Assembly (NCBI GenBank): GCA_001179505.1
Contig: CDMY01000336.1
Span: 1 to 64,000, forward strand
Direction: 5' to 3'
Source: Vitrella brassicaformis CCMP3155
Lineage: Eukaryota; Protista; Chromerida
Length of the DNA stretch: 64,000 nt
Under the pieces are notes generated by a model, which made no database searches, was not told where the DNA came from, and was given only the letters and a program-made list of their open reading frames with translations. Of this stretch, positions 27,023 to 39,822 are shown one piece after another; within the stretch, counting starts at the first letter, position 1; every line of letters starts with the position of its first letter. Made by a program: the position numbers and the translations under genes.

Positions 27023-27664
27023 CGTGACAGGGCCGTGTCATGTGAGTGTGAGTGGATGGATGGGGCATGTCCGCGCCGACCACATGGGGAGGGCAGGCAG
27101 CGGTCAAGCAGGGGGGGAGGGAGGCAGACAGAGAGGTTCAACGATTGATTTGTGTGTCAACGATACGTACGTGTAGTCGAGTCGATACCTGCCTGCCTGC
27201 CTGCCTGCCTGTCTGGTCGCTGGTGAGACTAGGTGGCTTCGACCAGATCAGATGCGGGTGTGGTTTGTCATGTGCCCGGGCAGGCAGTCAGGCAGGCAGG
27301 CAGGCAGACACCATAGGTAGTAGCAGAGAGAGTCTGGCTGGCTAATTCAGAGAGATGGATGGCGGATGAAAGGATTGACTGTTTACTTACCAGTGCAGCC
27401 AGCTGGAACAGAGGAACGAGAAAGGTTTAGCACAGCGCACGAAACCACGGCAAGTCCACACTCACTCACCATAAAGCCATCCATGGCATATATGCATCCA
27501 CACACAAATCCACACCAACGCACACCAACGTGTTGTCGTCCCCTGGCCGACCAACAGAACGGACAGACCAGGCCGCAACCATCTCCTCCCGAGACGCACA
27601 CGCACATGCACACAAATAATCCGTCCGTCCGTCTGTCCATCCATCCATCCATCTCATGATCTGT

Positions 27665-28585
27665 CTACAGGGCGGCTCTTGGGTTGTCAGTGTGCAGCAC
27701 AATGAGCCCGTTGCTGAGCGCCACCTTGCCCGAGTTGAGGTTCTTGACCTGGAACACCACCCGCCCCCCATCCCCATTCCCTCCTCCTTGTCGCCACATC
27801 TCGACGGCCAGCACATCGCCCGGCACGACTGTCGAGGCGAACCTGCCCTCGATGCTCCGCACCCTCGACGCGTCGTTGTCGCACATTTCCCTCACCACCC
27901 CGTGGCCCGCAATGCCGAATGTGCACAGGCCGTGCAGAATGGGCACGTCGAAGCCCCCGATGCTGCTGAAGTTGGGGTCCGCGTGAAGCGGGTTGTAGTC
28001 GCCAGACAGGCGGTAGATGAGCGCCTGGTTGGGCGAAGTCGCCTTGGTGAAGACGACGTCAGGCGGCCGGTTGGGCGGGGTGCGAGCAGGGCCTTTGGGC
28101 TGCTTGGGACCGCCGAATCCTCCGATGCCGCGGATGAAGAGCTGGCTGGTGTTGACGCACACGAGGTCGCCTTGCTGGTCGCGGCTTTGCGTCTCGACGA
28201 CCACGAGGGCGGCCTTGCCTTTGTCCCAGACCTCCTTGAGCGAGGCCGTGTGGGTGAGAGTGTCGTCTGTCTGCAATGGCTTGAAGAGCTCCACCTTCTG
28301 CTCGCCGTGCAGCAGCATCATGGGGTTGAAGTCGGGCATGCCGGGGCACTTGCTGAGCGACTCGAAGACCACCTCGCCCCTCGGCAGCACCACGGCGAAC
28401 GACGGGAGGGGGGCGAAGCCGTCGGAGTTCTCGTAAGTGTACTGGAGGTCATTGGCGTCCAGCTGGTCTTGCGAGAGGCCCAGCCCAAGCGCATACAGGA
28501 TGACATCTCGCTTGCTGTAGCTCCGCACCTCACTGCCAAGCTGGAAGCCGCAGCACTTGGACGGCTGCACCTCCGAAGGCTTCAT
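27665..28585 (-). CDS. ECH2: Enoyl-CoA hydratase 2 / MaoC double-hotdog (peroxisomal-type), intronless
   Basis: RDVILYALGLG, LLHGEQ, FIRGIGGFGG, YRLSGDYNPLHADP, PILHGLCT hydratase-2 motifs; 306 aa; ends RAAL. Confidence 0.93.
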   Translation of the reverse strand: MKPSEVQPSKCCGFQLGSEVRSYSKRDVILYALGLGLSQDQLDANDLQYTYENSDGFAPLPSFAVVLPRGEVVFESLSKCPGMPDFNPMMLLHGEQKVELFKPLQTDDTLTHTASLKEVWDKGKAALVVVETQSRDQQGDLVCVNTSQLFIRGIGGFGGPKQPKGPARTPPNRPPDVVFTKATSPNQALIYRLSGDYNPLHADPNFSSIGGFDVPILHGLCTFGIAGHGVVREMCDNDASRVRSIEGRFASTVVPGDVLAVEMWRQGGGNGDGGRVVFQVKNLNSGKVALSNGLIVLHTDNPRAAL

Positions 28586-28751
28586 GGCTTTCGTCAGAAA
28601 GCGCTCTTCTCCTCTTTGATCTGCCGACGATCGGCCGCATGCTGCGAGCTGAGTTGTGAATGCCCGCGAGATCTGTGGCAGAAAGCGCCTGTTCAGCTCC
28701 TTCAGCAGCAGTGCACACCTTCCTGAGTCCCTTTCCCTCAGTTTTTGTCTG
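28586..28751. promoter_or_regulatory. Putative bidirectional promoter ECH2/HPR
   Basis: ~165 bp head-to-head gap with TGCGAGCT at 28643. Confidence 0.5.
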
Positions 28752-31700
28752 ATGATTCATCGCCGCTCACGAGCGCCAGCCCTGGTGACGCTGGCGCGAC
28801 TTCCGGCGTTCTATGTAGGCCCTCGGTACCGCCGAAGCGGCATTGAGTCTTTTCTGGTACGCAATGAGGCGCTGTTTCATGCAAGGAACTCGAAGGCGTG
28901 TGGTGTGGATGAGTGGGTGACGGTGGAGAGGAGCACTGTGGCGGCACACATGATGCAGCTCATGAACCGCATGAACATCCCGCAACTGATACGGCTGGCA
29001 CAGGTTATAAAGGACGACACGACTGGTCTGTGCGCGATTGTTTGGTGCCCGCTCTGTTTTGTTTTGTTGTGTTTGCTCTCTGTCAGATCCAGCAGGGGCT
29101 GCCCACGTTTGTGGTTCGAGCGCTCCTGTCTGCACTGGCCGTCAACCTGAACGCCAGACTCTCCCCTTCTCGACCCACAGCACGCGCTCGCTCAGCGACT
29201 CCACCATCACCGCTCAGCGATGCAGACTTGTCCTCACGACCGACCAGGCGACGTCGCAAAAGGGGCAGGCGGATCATGCGGCCAGCGGAGATGTTGCGTG
29301 GAAGGGCTCGGTCGCCTCGGCACTGTCCGACGTGCCCAGCTGCGAGCAAGTCGTTGGTGGACCGGCGGTCAGTTCGTGTGTTCCGCGGGAAAGGCGTCAC
29401 GGCAGCGTGTCTGCATCCGCACTATGTGGACGTGTTGCTGCGGAGCCTCTCACACAACGACCTCAAGGACCCTGCGGTGTGCCAGTGGGTGGCCAAGCAC
29501 GTCTACCCCTTTCTCCTCCACTTCCCCCGGCCGACCGTCGTCAGCGTCTTCGGGCGGCTGCAGAAGATGGCCTCACAGTTGCTCTCGGACCAACACACAC
29601 GGGAGGTGATCGCATACTGTCGGGAAGCTATCATGACCACCACCAGCGACTGCGTTTCCGTGCCAGCGCCGGATGGCTGGTCTGAGGGGGCAGTGATGGT
29701 GGGTCCTGGGCACCATTTGGCTGCGGGCGATTTGGTGCGGTTCCTCGGCGGGATGGCTAAGCGCGGGTTCAGGGACGATGCCGAGCTGCTGACGCGTGTG
29801 GGTGAGCGGATCGCTGATGACATCAACTCACTTGACGCTAGGGTGAGGAGGCTGGGCTGAGGAGACGGGCGGGCGTCGTGTTGTGTGTGTGGGTGACTGC
29901 ATTGCATGCACCTGACCTGTACGCAGGAGCTGGTTGCGGTAGCGCAGTCGTGTCTGAGGCTGGACCTGGGGGACTGCATCCTGCTGCACGAAACGGCCAG
30001 GAGGGGTCAGTGAGAAGGAACGAACGCATGTGTCGGGTCGGCACCACCGGGCACTGCACTGCCGAGGGGTGTTCACCCACCCGTTGCTTGCTCTGCTCTG
30101 CTCTGCTGCTTGTGGTGTGTGTCATTCATGTCAGCGACCCTCTTGACACATGAGATGGACGGCCACGAGATCCGTAAGCAGAGAGAGCAGCCAGGGGGCA
30201 GCCAGCCAGCCAGCCAGCCATGCAGAGCACATTGCTGCTTCTTATTTGTGTGTGCGGCTCAGACACGTTCCTGCAGGCATTTGCCCGTTTCGACATCTAC
30301 GACCAGGGCTTCCTGGACGCAATGGCCGACAGAATGGAACACATCGCTGGTCAGTCTGCAGTTGGATGGATGGATGGATGAATGGATGTATGGTGGATCG
30401 GCCTGCACAGACGAGTGTCATGTGTTTGTCAGGTTCGTTGAATGCCAACATTCTGTCGGGTGCGTTGAATGCTCTTGGGAGGCTGCAGGCCAGGTTCGAC
30501 AGCAAACGAGTCCTAGAGGTGGGTAGGTGGGCAACGCGGCAAACAAGAAAAGGGGCAGCAACTCAACTCGTATCGTTGTGGCTTGATTGGGTGCATAGAC
30601 ATGATATGTGTGGATTGGATGGCTGCGTGGCTGCGCTGCAGGTGTTGTGCGACGAGGTCAAGAACAAGGCTGTGGTCTTGGGCGAATTCGTGAGCCAGCC
30701 GCATACATACAGACAGATTCATTCGAGTGGCGTGGCGCCGCTCGCTAATGGCATGTATGTCTTGACTTGATGTGTGTCTGGTCTGCAGCCGGTGACGTCG
30801 TGTCTGTCTGGGTTGAGCAAGCTGAGACACAGGGACCAGAACGTGCTGGAAAAACTGGTNNNNNNNNNNNNNNNNNNNNNNNNNNNNNNNNNNNNNNNNN
30901 NNNNNNNNNNNNNNNNNNNNNNNNNNNNNNNNNNNNNNNNNNNNNNNNNNNNNNNNNNNNNNNNNNNNNNNNNNNNNNNNNNNNNNNNNNNNNNNNNNNN
31001 NNNNNNNNNNNNNNNNNNNNNNNNNNNNNNNNNNNNNNNNNNNNNNNNNNNNNNNNNNNNNNNNNNNNNNNNNNNNNNNNNNNNNNNNNNNNNNNNNNNN
31101 NNNNNNNNNNNNNNNNNNNNNNNNNNNNNNNNNNNNNNNNNNNNNNNNNNNNNNNNNNNGGGGGTGTGGACAGGCAGGGACAACAGACAGTGAGGAATGG
31201 GCCTGCTTACCTTACCATCGTGTGTCAATATTGGGTGGATGGATGGATGGATGCAGTCGTGTCGTCTGAATCACCTGTTGAAGTCGTCACAGGCCACCCA
31301 CTTCAACTCTAACACACTCGCCATTGCCGTACGAACGAACGGGTGGATTGGATACACACACGTCATGTCATGTCATCTGTTTAAACATTCAGATCTCCAC
31401 CTTGGCTCGTTTCGACTACCTTCATGTGGACCTCTACCGCTCCATCGCTGCCGTAAGCCAAGCCAGATGAGATGAGATGAGCACACAGACAAGTGAAGTG
31501 AAGTGAAGTGAAGTGAAGTGAACGGTCCATCTCATCTCATATGTGTGTCTGTGTGTGGACTGGACTGGACAGGCCATGTTGAAGCAGATCAACAACGTCA
31601 ACGCGGCATCGACACAGCAGCTCATTATGGGTCGGTCGGTCGGTGCGGCAGCCAGACCAGAAGAGAGAAACAATACATGCAGCCAGCGGGGTGACGCACT

Positions 31701-32893
31701 GGGCACTGGTCGGCGAATCACGTATGCACCTGTGTGTGCACTGCACTGCAATGCAGCTATGTGCCGCTTCCGGGACCACCCTGACCTCCACGACACCACC
31801 GGTAGGGAAATGAGCCCATCTGGGTGGACGGACGGTTGCATGTGTCTGTCGATGGCCTCATAAACCCCTGCGTGCCTGCCTACGTGCAGTTCGGGTGCTC
31901 AAGGCGTTTGCGAGCCACGTGACGTCGGCCGACGTCCTGCCCACCGTCAGCCCCGTCCAGGCGGCTACCCTGCTCGCATCACTCGCAAAATTCAAGTATG
32001 AAGAAAGACACAGACAGACAGAGGCATACAGGGAGGGACAGATGGAGAGGCAGGGAGGGAGCGAGGGAGGGATGCATGTGTGCATATCAATGACATGCTC
32101 CTCTCTGTCTGATCTACGGCAGATACTGCGATCCCCACGTTGTGTCGCGGCTGTTGACTGTTCTCACCGGTGGGTGGTGCGTTGTGAGTGAGTTTGCTGC
32201 AGACAGACAGACAAGTCCTGCCTACATCCGCCCGTCTGTCTGTTGTCTGATGGTTGTGACGTGATGTCTGTGTTGTGTGTAGGTGAGTCGACGAGCAGGC
32301 CTGAGCTGTTCGATGAGGGCCGGCCCCGCACCAGGCGGCAGCAGCAAACACCACCCAGGCCGATCGAGATGGTGGCCACGTCCGTACGGGCGTATGCAAC
32401 GGTAGAGAGAGCATCAAGATACCCTGACAGACAGACAGAAACACATTGCCAGCTGAGCTACTCTCTCTCATTGATGTGATGTGCAGATCCCGCCCTGCCC
32501 GTTCGATCTCTCGGCCTGCCACAAGGTGAGGGCGCTCTCTCTCTTGGGGTCGGGTATGCTATGCGTGTGGCGGATTGTGTGGTGTGCAGATCCTTAGTGA
32601 GATGGACCTTGCTCTGCTGCCGTGCGTCGCCGAGAGCATCGCAGAACTCTCCTTCTGGTCGCCGAGGGCCATACACGTCATGCTCATGGTCAGTCATCAG
32701 CACGTCAGTCACGTGGGTGGGGTGTGGTGTGTATGTGTATGTCTGTGTGTGTGATGCGATTGTGTCTTTCAGGTGCGTGATGTGTGTGAGCCGCATCTGC
32801 ACGACATGAAGGCCAACCAGAACCTCTCAATGGCACTCGCATACGCCGACTGGCACTTCAAAGACTGGTCAGCCAGCCAGCCGCTCACTCAGC

Positions 32894-32925
<32 letters not shown>

Positions 32926-34535
32926 CGTCCTGTCCTCTTCACGGCGCTAATGTACCTACCTCTTCTGTCTGTGTGTCAGGGAGGGCGTGTGGGCTGACGA
33001 GCCGACGGAGGATGAGGTCACACAGGCGAAACAAGAGCTCCTCAACGACATGGCGGAGCTCCAGACCAACAGAGGGGAGCTCTTCCAGCCATCCAGACAG
33101 AGCCAGCCACCCCCTCCCCCACCCTCCCCCTCCCCCTCGCCCTTCCACCCCTCCCTGCCAGTGAGCGACTGCTCTGTGGCTGGGGAGGGCGAGTGGGAGG
33201 CGACGGAAGTGCCGTTGGCGCTGGCGTGTGCGTTGGAGAAGGCAACGTGGAAGCAGCGGCTGCTCACCAGCTGTGTCGAGGGCCTTAGGCGACATGAGGG
33301 GTACATCGAAATGTCCTGGACGGCACTCGCAAAGGTAGCTAGGATCAGCAAACCACCCTTGCACTGCTTTGTCCACTTGAGAGTGCCTAGCTAAGTTGTG
33401 TTGTGTCTGTGTCTGTCAGGTGAAGACCCTTTGGGACCTGATCGCTATGGGACTGTATCTGGATAATGACGCCCACCAGGCCGCTACCCTGCCGGCCCCC
33501 CTCCCGCCCCTCCCCCTCCCACCTGACGAGCAGCGGCCCCTCCTCACCCCACCCCACAGCATCCATGTGCTCGAGCACTGCCCACAGCCAGTGCGGCAGC
33601 TCCACGCACGCTACATCAAAGCCCCTCCACCAGCAGCAAGAGCAGATGATGGCGATGACGTGGTTGAGGATGTTAGTGCGGGTGCTGATGGGTTGTCGCC
33701 TTTACTGTGGCGGTGGCTGACGCGGCTGAGTTGCATCACGCGGGCTGCTGCTGAGGAGACAAGGAGACTCACCAAAGAGGGCGGGGGACGAGTGGTACAC
33801 GACGATGCCACCGTCACACCACAGACAGAGACCGAGGCGCCCCCTGCCCCTGCCGATGTCGGCCGGCACCAGCAGCGGCAGCGTGACCAAGCCGCCCCAC
33901 ACACCGACACCCATGTTATTCGGCCTATCTGTTTGGATGTGCCCTTATTGTCCGACCTTGACGTCCAGCGGGCCATCGCCCCCCTCCTCGAGACACCCGA
34001 GTGCGTCTCAGGCGCGGGTGTGGCCATCGACATGCACAGCTCGCCCTACTGCCTGCTGGTCGACCCGATCGTCCGTGGCTGCCGTGTGCCGATGCTGCTG
34101 CTGAAGAAGGACGATCAGCAGCTGCGGGACATGCTCGAGGGCGCCACGAGAGTGAAGCTTGATGCCTTCATGGCGGACCGGACAGAGAGAAAAAATGGTG
34201 GTGATGAGAGGAGCGAGGAGGCCGGGGATCATGAGACGACGGCTTCGCCTGAGGGCGACGCCGCCCCTCTCGCCAGCCCGACCAGCGTCGAGTCGGCCCT
34301 CCCTGTGCTGGGTGAGCTGCTCGAGACTGACTCACCCGACAACGGCCATTCTGTGTCAATTCCGGCTCGTCCCCATCGCCCACATGACGACGAGGCGCTG
34401 CGCAGGACAGTTGACGAGCACTTTGCGTATGCGCGTCGGCAGTGGGAGTTGGGCAAGGGGGGTGGGGGTGCCGGGGGAGGGGCTGTGGCTGTGGCTGTGC
34501 AGCACAGGCGGATGATGCTCAGACAACAGACGTGA
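28752..34535 (+). CDS. Heptatricopeptide/octotricopeptide-repeat-like helical-repeat protein (probable organellar RNA-binding); contains an assembly gap
   Basis: Repeated ~37-38 aa helical units (DLVRFLGGMAKRGFRDDAELLTRVGERI; ELVAVAQSCLRLDLGDCILL; AFARFDIYDQGFLDAMADRM; ILSGALNALGRLQ; CLSGLSKLRHRDQNVLEKL); Arg-rich N-terminus like a mitochondrial presequence. Confidence 0.7.
30860..31159. other. Assembly gap (300 N)
   Basis: Run of N. Confidence 1.
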
Positions 34536-34974
34536 CGGGATTACCTACGTGTGTAATCCGTCCCTTGGTGTGTGATAGGACAGGACATCGACACAGCTGG
34601 GTGTAAAGATTGGATGAATGAGAAAGAAGGAGGGAGGGCCAGGCCATGCGCTTTCCGCGTCGATCGCATCGCATCGCATACATACATACAGTTACGTTAC
34701 AGTAAGTCGGTCGTCTTTCACTCACCACATCCATGCCATGCTCGCACACACACATGAATGAATGAATGAATGGATGTGTATCCTCGTCTTCACACCGCGG
34801 CCGTGCAGGCGACCATGTCTGTCCTGCTGCTGGACGAGTGAGGACGGAGAGGCGCACGTTACGTTCGTCTCCAGTCACTCACTCACCCTCCAGCAGCACA
34901 GGGCACCTCACCTGCCGGCAGGCGTGGAAACAAGACAAGGGAAATCGGAACACACATACTTGACACATGCCAGG

Positions 34975-36263
34975 CTAGTCGTCATCCCCCTCGTCATCAT
35001 ACGACAGCAATGCACTCAACAACTTCTCACTCGCAGCAGCAGCGGGCTTCTTGCCACCACCGCCCTCCGATGAGGACGAGAGATGCCCGCTCGCCTTGCT
35101 ATCCTCCCTCTTCGCTGCCTTATCTCTCGCCTCTTCGTCATGGCCTTCGGCGTTAGCTGGGTGCTTGCCCTCTTCGTCTTCCGCCCCTGCTGCTGCTGCT
35201 GCTGCCGTGGGGTCGGCGCCTCCCTCTGTCTTGCGCTTCTTCTTGACGATTAGCCCGGCAAATCGGTGCTGAAACCACACACATACAACACAGAGAGACG
35301 GAGGGAGGGTTTGCTCTCGCCCGTATCCATCCATCCATCCATCCATCCATCCATATTCCCAGTGGCACACCCACCCCTCCACTGGCGGCCGCGTCAGCTT
35401 TCCTTTTTTCGGCAGGTGTGGGCTTCTCGTCCACCAGGCCGCCCGACGTGCCACTGGGAGCAGCAGAGTGGTGGTGGGCGTGGGTGTTGGCGTGGTGTTG
35501 GTGTGTGTGTGGTGCGGCGGGGTTGAGGTGCAGCTCTGATCGTGCCTTCTGGAACTCTGAGAGCGCATCTCGCTCCTCCTTGGCCCGCATCGACATGCGG
35601 TCGCGAGTCTGCTTCTCCACCTGCTGATAAAACTCGTACTCGTCCTCGGTCACCTGATCATCAACCAACCGATGGATGGATGGAGGGAGGGAGGGACGGA
35701 GGGAGGGGGTGTGGATGGTGTTGAGTGTGCTCAGTGGCTCGCCCGCTGACCGGTGGTGGCGCGAAGGGGTTTGCCGTCGTGGTGCCTGTGGCCTTGGCTG
35801 CCTCTGTTGCTGCCTCATCGGGTGCATCTTCTGGCGGTGCCGAGGAGTCGGCGACCTCTGACATACTGCATACATCGCAGCGAGCACACAGAAACAACGT
35901 GTGGGTGCAGAAGGTCCACTGGTAATATCATGCATGGTTCATCCATCCCTCCTTCTGGCTGGCTGGCTCACGCACGTCGGCATAAAGGCAGCTGCAGAAC
36001 AACATTCACAGGCGAGTCAGCGGATACAGACAGATTGACAGACAGATGACGCGATGATTGAGATCTGCGTCAGCTCATGCTTCTCCCTTGCCGGTCGGTG
36101 TGTGCGTTTGTGTGCTCACGTATGTACCTCTGCTGAATTCGGGCAGTTTTCGCAGCCGCTCCTCATAGTCTCGTTCCTCCTGCGTGCGGTTGTCCTTCTC
36201 GGTGTACGACACCCCCGATGCCGTGATCTTCTGCTGGTACGTCCCTCGACTCACGAAGTTCAT
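34975..36263 (-). CDS. FAM192A/NIP30 (PSME3IP1)-like protein
   Basis: N-terminal MNFVS, then VTEDEYEFYQQVEKQTRDRMSMRAKEERDALSEFQKA resembles the NIP30 N-domain (LDEDE.NFL.EV....E...R.EE...L.EYR); C-terminal LLSYDDEGDDD. Confidence 0.6.
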
Positions 36264-36406
36264 CTTTGCAAGCCAAGCGGAATGGGAGGGAGCTGCAGAT
36301 TGATTATGGAGGAAGGAAATGAAAGCAGAGCCAAGGCGATGGTGAAGCCAAGCTCGCGGCAATCGCGAAGCTCGCATTTTGCGCTGCTGCTCCTGATCTG
36401 GCGCGG
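36264..36406. promoter_or_regulatory. Putative bidirectional promoter
   Basis: ~143 bp head-to-head gap with AAGCTCGC at 36350 and 36368. Confidence 0.5.
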
Positions 36407-37528
36407 ATGGCAGATCAGGTGCCCCTGGAGCTATGGCGCCAAAGCGTGACTCCCTACCTTCAAATGGCTGGTCTGGCGGCGCTGCGGACCACTTCCCCTG
36501 TCTTCTCTACTTCCGTCATCACGGCTGATCTACTGCTGGAACGCATTGACGCCTCTCTGACCCGCAACTCCCTCCATGGCCTTATCGACGTCGACCGCAG
36601 CTACGGAGTGGGTGTCCCTGGTGGTTGCGTTCTGGACGACCTTGTCGCCTTTGTCTGCCGACTGGTGATGCCGTGGGCTCGCGACAGCTCTCCGAGCCGT
36701 TTCAGCTATCTGTTGCGGTTCGCTCTCATGCTCGAGCAGGGCGGCAGCGGCTGGCGGAACATCGCCGTGTTCCTCAGACTGGCCGTCATCTACCAGCTGA
36801 TGGCTCCTAAGGCAGTGCCATTTGTGGTCTCGGCCCGGTGGATGGCCGCTCATGTGCGCACGAAGCCGGCCGCCGACGACCTGTATCTGATGAGGGTCGT
36901 GTACTTCTCTTTGATCCGACATCGAATGAACTCGAGGAGAGAGATACTGCCGACGGCGAAACGAGAAGGCGTGAGTGGAGGGGATCGGTTGCAGCATGCT
37001 GATTATCGGTTGCAGCGTGATGATCCGTATGCTGTGCGCTACAACCGACACGATAGTGCTGTCGGCAGCCGCATCGATGATACCCGTTTCTGTATCTACC
37101 CCTCGTTCTCGGCGGCTCTGGTGTCGAGGCTGATCGGTCGCTGGCTTGTAGACCTATCCTATTCTGGGGAACACACGATGGTGCTCAGCGGATGTGTCGG
37201 TGACAGCGACGATCGCTACCTCTCGCTGATGAGTGATGGGCTCACTGGCCAGGATGTCTTCGCAGTGGGCTACCGGTTTCACGACAGCGGGTCGGTCACA
37301 TATTGCCGTTTCGTGATCGTGAGCGGCTTTCGTCCTGACGACACTATTGTGGCCTACATAAAGCTGTATCGTGGAGGCCTGAAGCTCTACACGACTGAGC
37401 CATGTGTTGGTGACGCATCGTGTCCCTTGGACGAGCGTCTGCCCACATCGATGGGGCTCTTCCGTCGTGTGCTGGGGCGGTTCGGGCTGGAGAAGGAGGT
37501 CATCGACGGTGGGAGAGTGACGGTCTAG
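36407..37528 (+). CDS. Intronless 373-aa lineage-specific protein with degenerate F-box-like N-terminus
   Basis: Long clean ORF; VPLELWRQSVTPYLQMAGLAALRTTS resembles an F-box-like N-terminus; family assignment from recall, not searched. Confidence 0.7.
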   Translation: MADQVPLELWRQSVTPYLQMAGLAALRTTSPVFSTSVITADLLLERIDASLTRNSLHGLIDVDRSYGVGVPGGCVLDDLVAFVCRLVMPWARDSSPSRFSYLLRFALMLEQGGSGWRNIAVFLRLAVIYQLMAPKAVPFVVSARWMAAHVRTKPAADDLYLMRVVYFSLIRHRMNSRREILPTAKREGVSGGDRLQHADYRLQRDDPYAVRYNRHDSAVGSRIDDTRFCIYPSFSAALVSRLIGRWLVDLSYSGEHTMVLSGCVGDSDDRYLSLMSDGLTGQDVFAVGYRFHDSGSVTYCRFVIVSGFRPDDTIVAYIKLYRGGLKLYTTEPCVGDASCPLDERLPTSMGLFRRVLGRFGLEKEVIDGGRVTV

Positions 37529-38062
37529 TGGCGGTGGTGGTGGTGGTAGACAGCTGCTCATGTTATGGTGGCTTGGCTTGTGGTGCGGTGCATTCATTCG
37601 TGTGTGTGTCATGTCTGTCTGCAAAGACATCTGTCTGTCTGTGTTGTACGAGTGCGGTTCAACAGCTTTCGGCACCGCACACGACCTTACCTGGTGCGAC
37701 CGATTTTTCAGTAGTCGATTGAGAGAGGCGCGTCCGTGCTTGGCGTGCATGTCCTGCTTGCTCTGGTGTGTATGAATGCGGCGACAGTGCAACAGTGCAT
37801 TAGACACTCCGATGTCAGTGAACGTGGGATGCGGATGCAACACCAAATTGGGTCCATCGAGTGTGTTACGTTACGTCCACATGTGTCCATCCCACTCAAA
37901 GACCAACTGTTCGACTTAGAGAACAATTGGGCATGGGCACTGCCCTCTGATACTCCAAGCCAACGAGCCTGTCCTGGAGTGGGAGGGGCACCTCGGTTCA
38001 CTCACATCCGCTCACAGGACTCTCACAAACTGTTCATCAAGTGGTCTGTCTGTCTGTCCCTC

Positions 38063-39822
38063 CTACTCTGCGGCCTTTCTCACTCCTCCTGGCTTCTTGA
38101 AGGTGCGCTTCTTGAACGTCCCTGCCTCCTTTGAATCGCTTGGCGACAGGGCGCTCTTCTGCATAGACACATGCCACACACGCCGAGAGAGACAGACAGA
38201 ATGCGGCCCAAGTCGGCGCCGCGCCCACCCGGCCTTTCAGGAGTGCGTGTGTGCACATTTATCTCACCTTGATGACCATTTCCCTCTGCCTGGCCTGCAG
38301 GTCGTCCTCGTTGAGCACCGGCTCGTACTGCGTCTCGATGCGCAGCGCCTGAACAGGGTCCATCTCGTGCGCAGGGAACTCGTCACCTGGTCAACCCAAA
38401 CAAAGCAGAGGGTGTGTTGTGTGCGACACGAGATGCACTCACTCTCACCTGCGGCAGCTGCGTCGGCCTCGCCCTGCACAGCGTTGCCGAACCTGCTTTC
38501 CTCCGGCGCGACCTCCTCCCACGCGCCCACCATCGCACCCCCATCGCCACCGGCATTGTAAACAGCCTCTTCATCCTCCTTACCCCCTCCCTCCCCCTCT
38601 GCCGCTTCCTCGTTGCCGGGCCGCTCGACGACAGGCTCACTCCTGACATCCTCGCGCTTGGTCAGGGGTGGTGTATCGCCAAAGTAGCCCGTCCCCTTGT
38701 CGCCATTCTTGAACACATGGCCGTATTTCACGCCATCAAACCCCTCAGAAGCGATGAAATTGCCTTTAACATCGTCCTCTCCTCGCGCCGCTGGTGGAGG
38801 GGGCGGTGGAGGGGGCGGTGGAGGGGGCGGTGGCATAGAGGGCGGCGCAGAGGGCAGTCCAGCCGCAGGTAGTGGGGGAGGAGGGGGCGCAGAGGGCGCT
38901 TTCGGCGGTGGCTGTTGTTGCTGCTGTTGCGGTGTCGTCAGTGGCATTGGTGGGGGCAGTGGTGGCTGTGGCATGCTGCCCATCATGTCTGGTGGCTGTT
39001 GCCACGACGACGCGCCCGTCAGAGTGTTGAAGTACAGGGGCAGGCCAGTGGAAGGGTCCTGGCAGATCATCCAACCTGAGAGAGAAGCACACACAGTACA
39101 GGAAAGCCTCAGACACGGCCGTAGTCAGCCGCATAGCTATCTGCCTGTCTGATGGACTGACCTGCAGGGCCAGCCTCCATTTGCGGCATTTCGTCCCTTG
39201 CAGCCAGGGGGACGGGAGGGACGCCATACTGAGGCTTGGGCATTCCTGGGAACGGATCTGCACTCAGGCAATAGACACACCGGCATGGCATCATCAGCCC
39301 TCCATCAATCCTCTCCTCCCTCCCTCCCTCCCTCCTTCGTTCTGACCTGTCTTCTGCTTCTTGGTCGCCGGCTGGGGGGCAGCGCTCACGACCACTCCAG
39401 CACCAGGTGGGACACCGGAATCACCACCACCAGCACCAGCACCCCCACTCCCGCCGCCGCCGAAGAAGCGAGCATCGTCTGCAGCGGCCGCCCTTGCGGC
39501 CTTCTCGATTTGTGCGAGTTCGGACTGGACCTGCCTGGCCTCGTTCTGCCTGTCCCTCTCCCTCTTGCGCATCTCGATGATGTTGCGCTGCTGCTGCTGC
39601 AGATGACGCTCGCTCTGGTTGTGCCGCTGGATGTTCTGCAGGGAAGTCAGTAGGTAGTGAGCAATCAACGCAACGAAGGAAACACAACACACACGTGGAC
39701 ATTGTCAAGCGCTCCCGTGTGATGGTGTGTGTTGTGAATGTGCGCACCGCCTGGTTTCCTGTGATCCAGCATTTGCATATCTCGCAGTAGTACTTGGCCG
39801 TTGACACCCAGAAGTCCGTCAT
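38063..39822 (-). CDS. WBP4: WW domain-binding protein 4 (FBP21)-like: U1/matrin zinc finger + WW domain
   Basis: MTDFWVSTAKYYCEICKCWI...HNQSERH zinc finger; GWMICQDPSTGLPLYFNTLTGASSWQQP WW domain; C-terminal FKKR. Confidence 0.85.

Noticed and set aside
27656-28726. 356-aa plus-strand ORF
   Set aside because: Antisense shadow of GC-rich ECH2 codons; no recognisable motifs
38797-38835. 12-bp GGAGGGGGCGGT repeats
   Set aside because: Ordinary polyproline coding in WBP4
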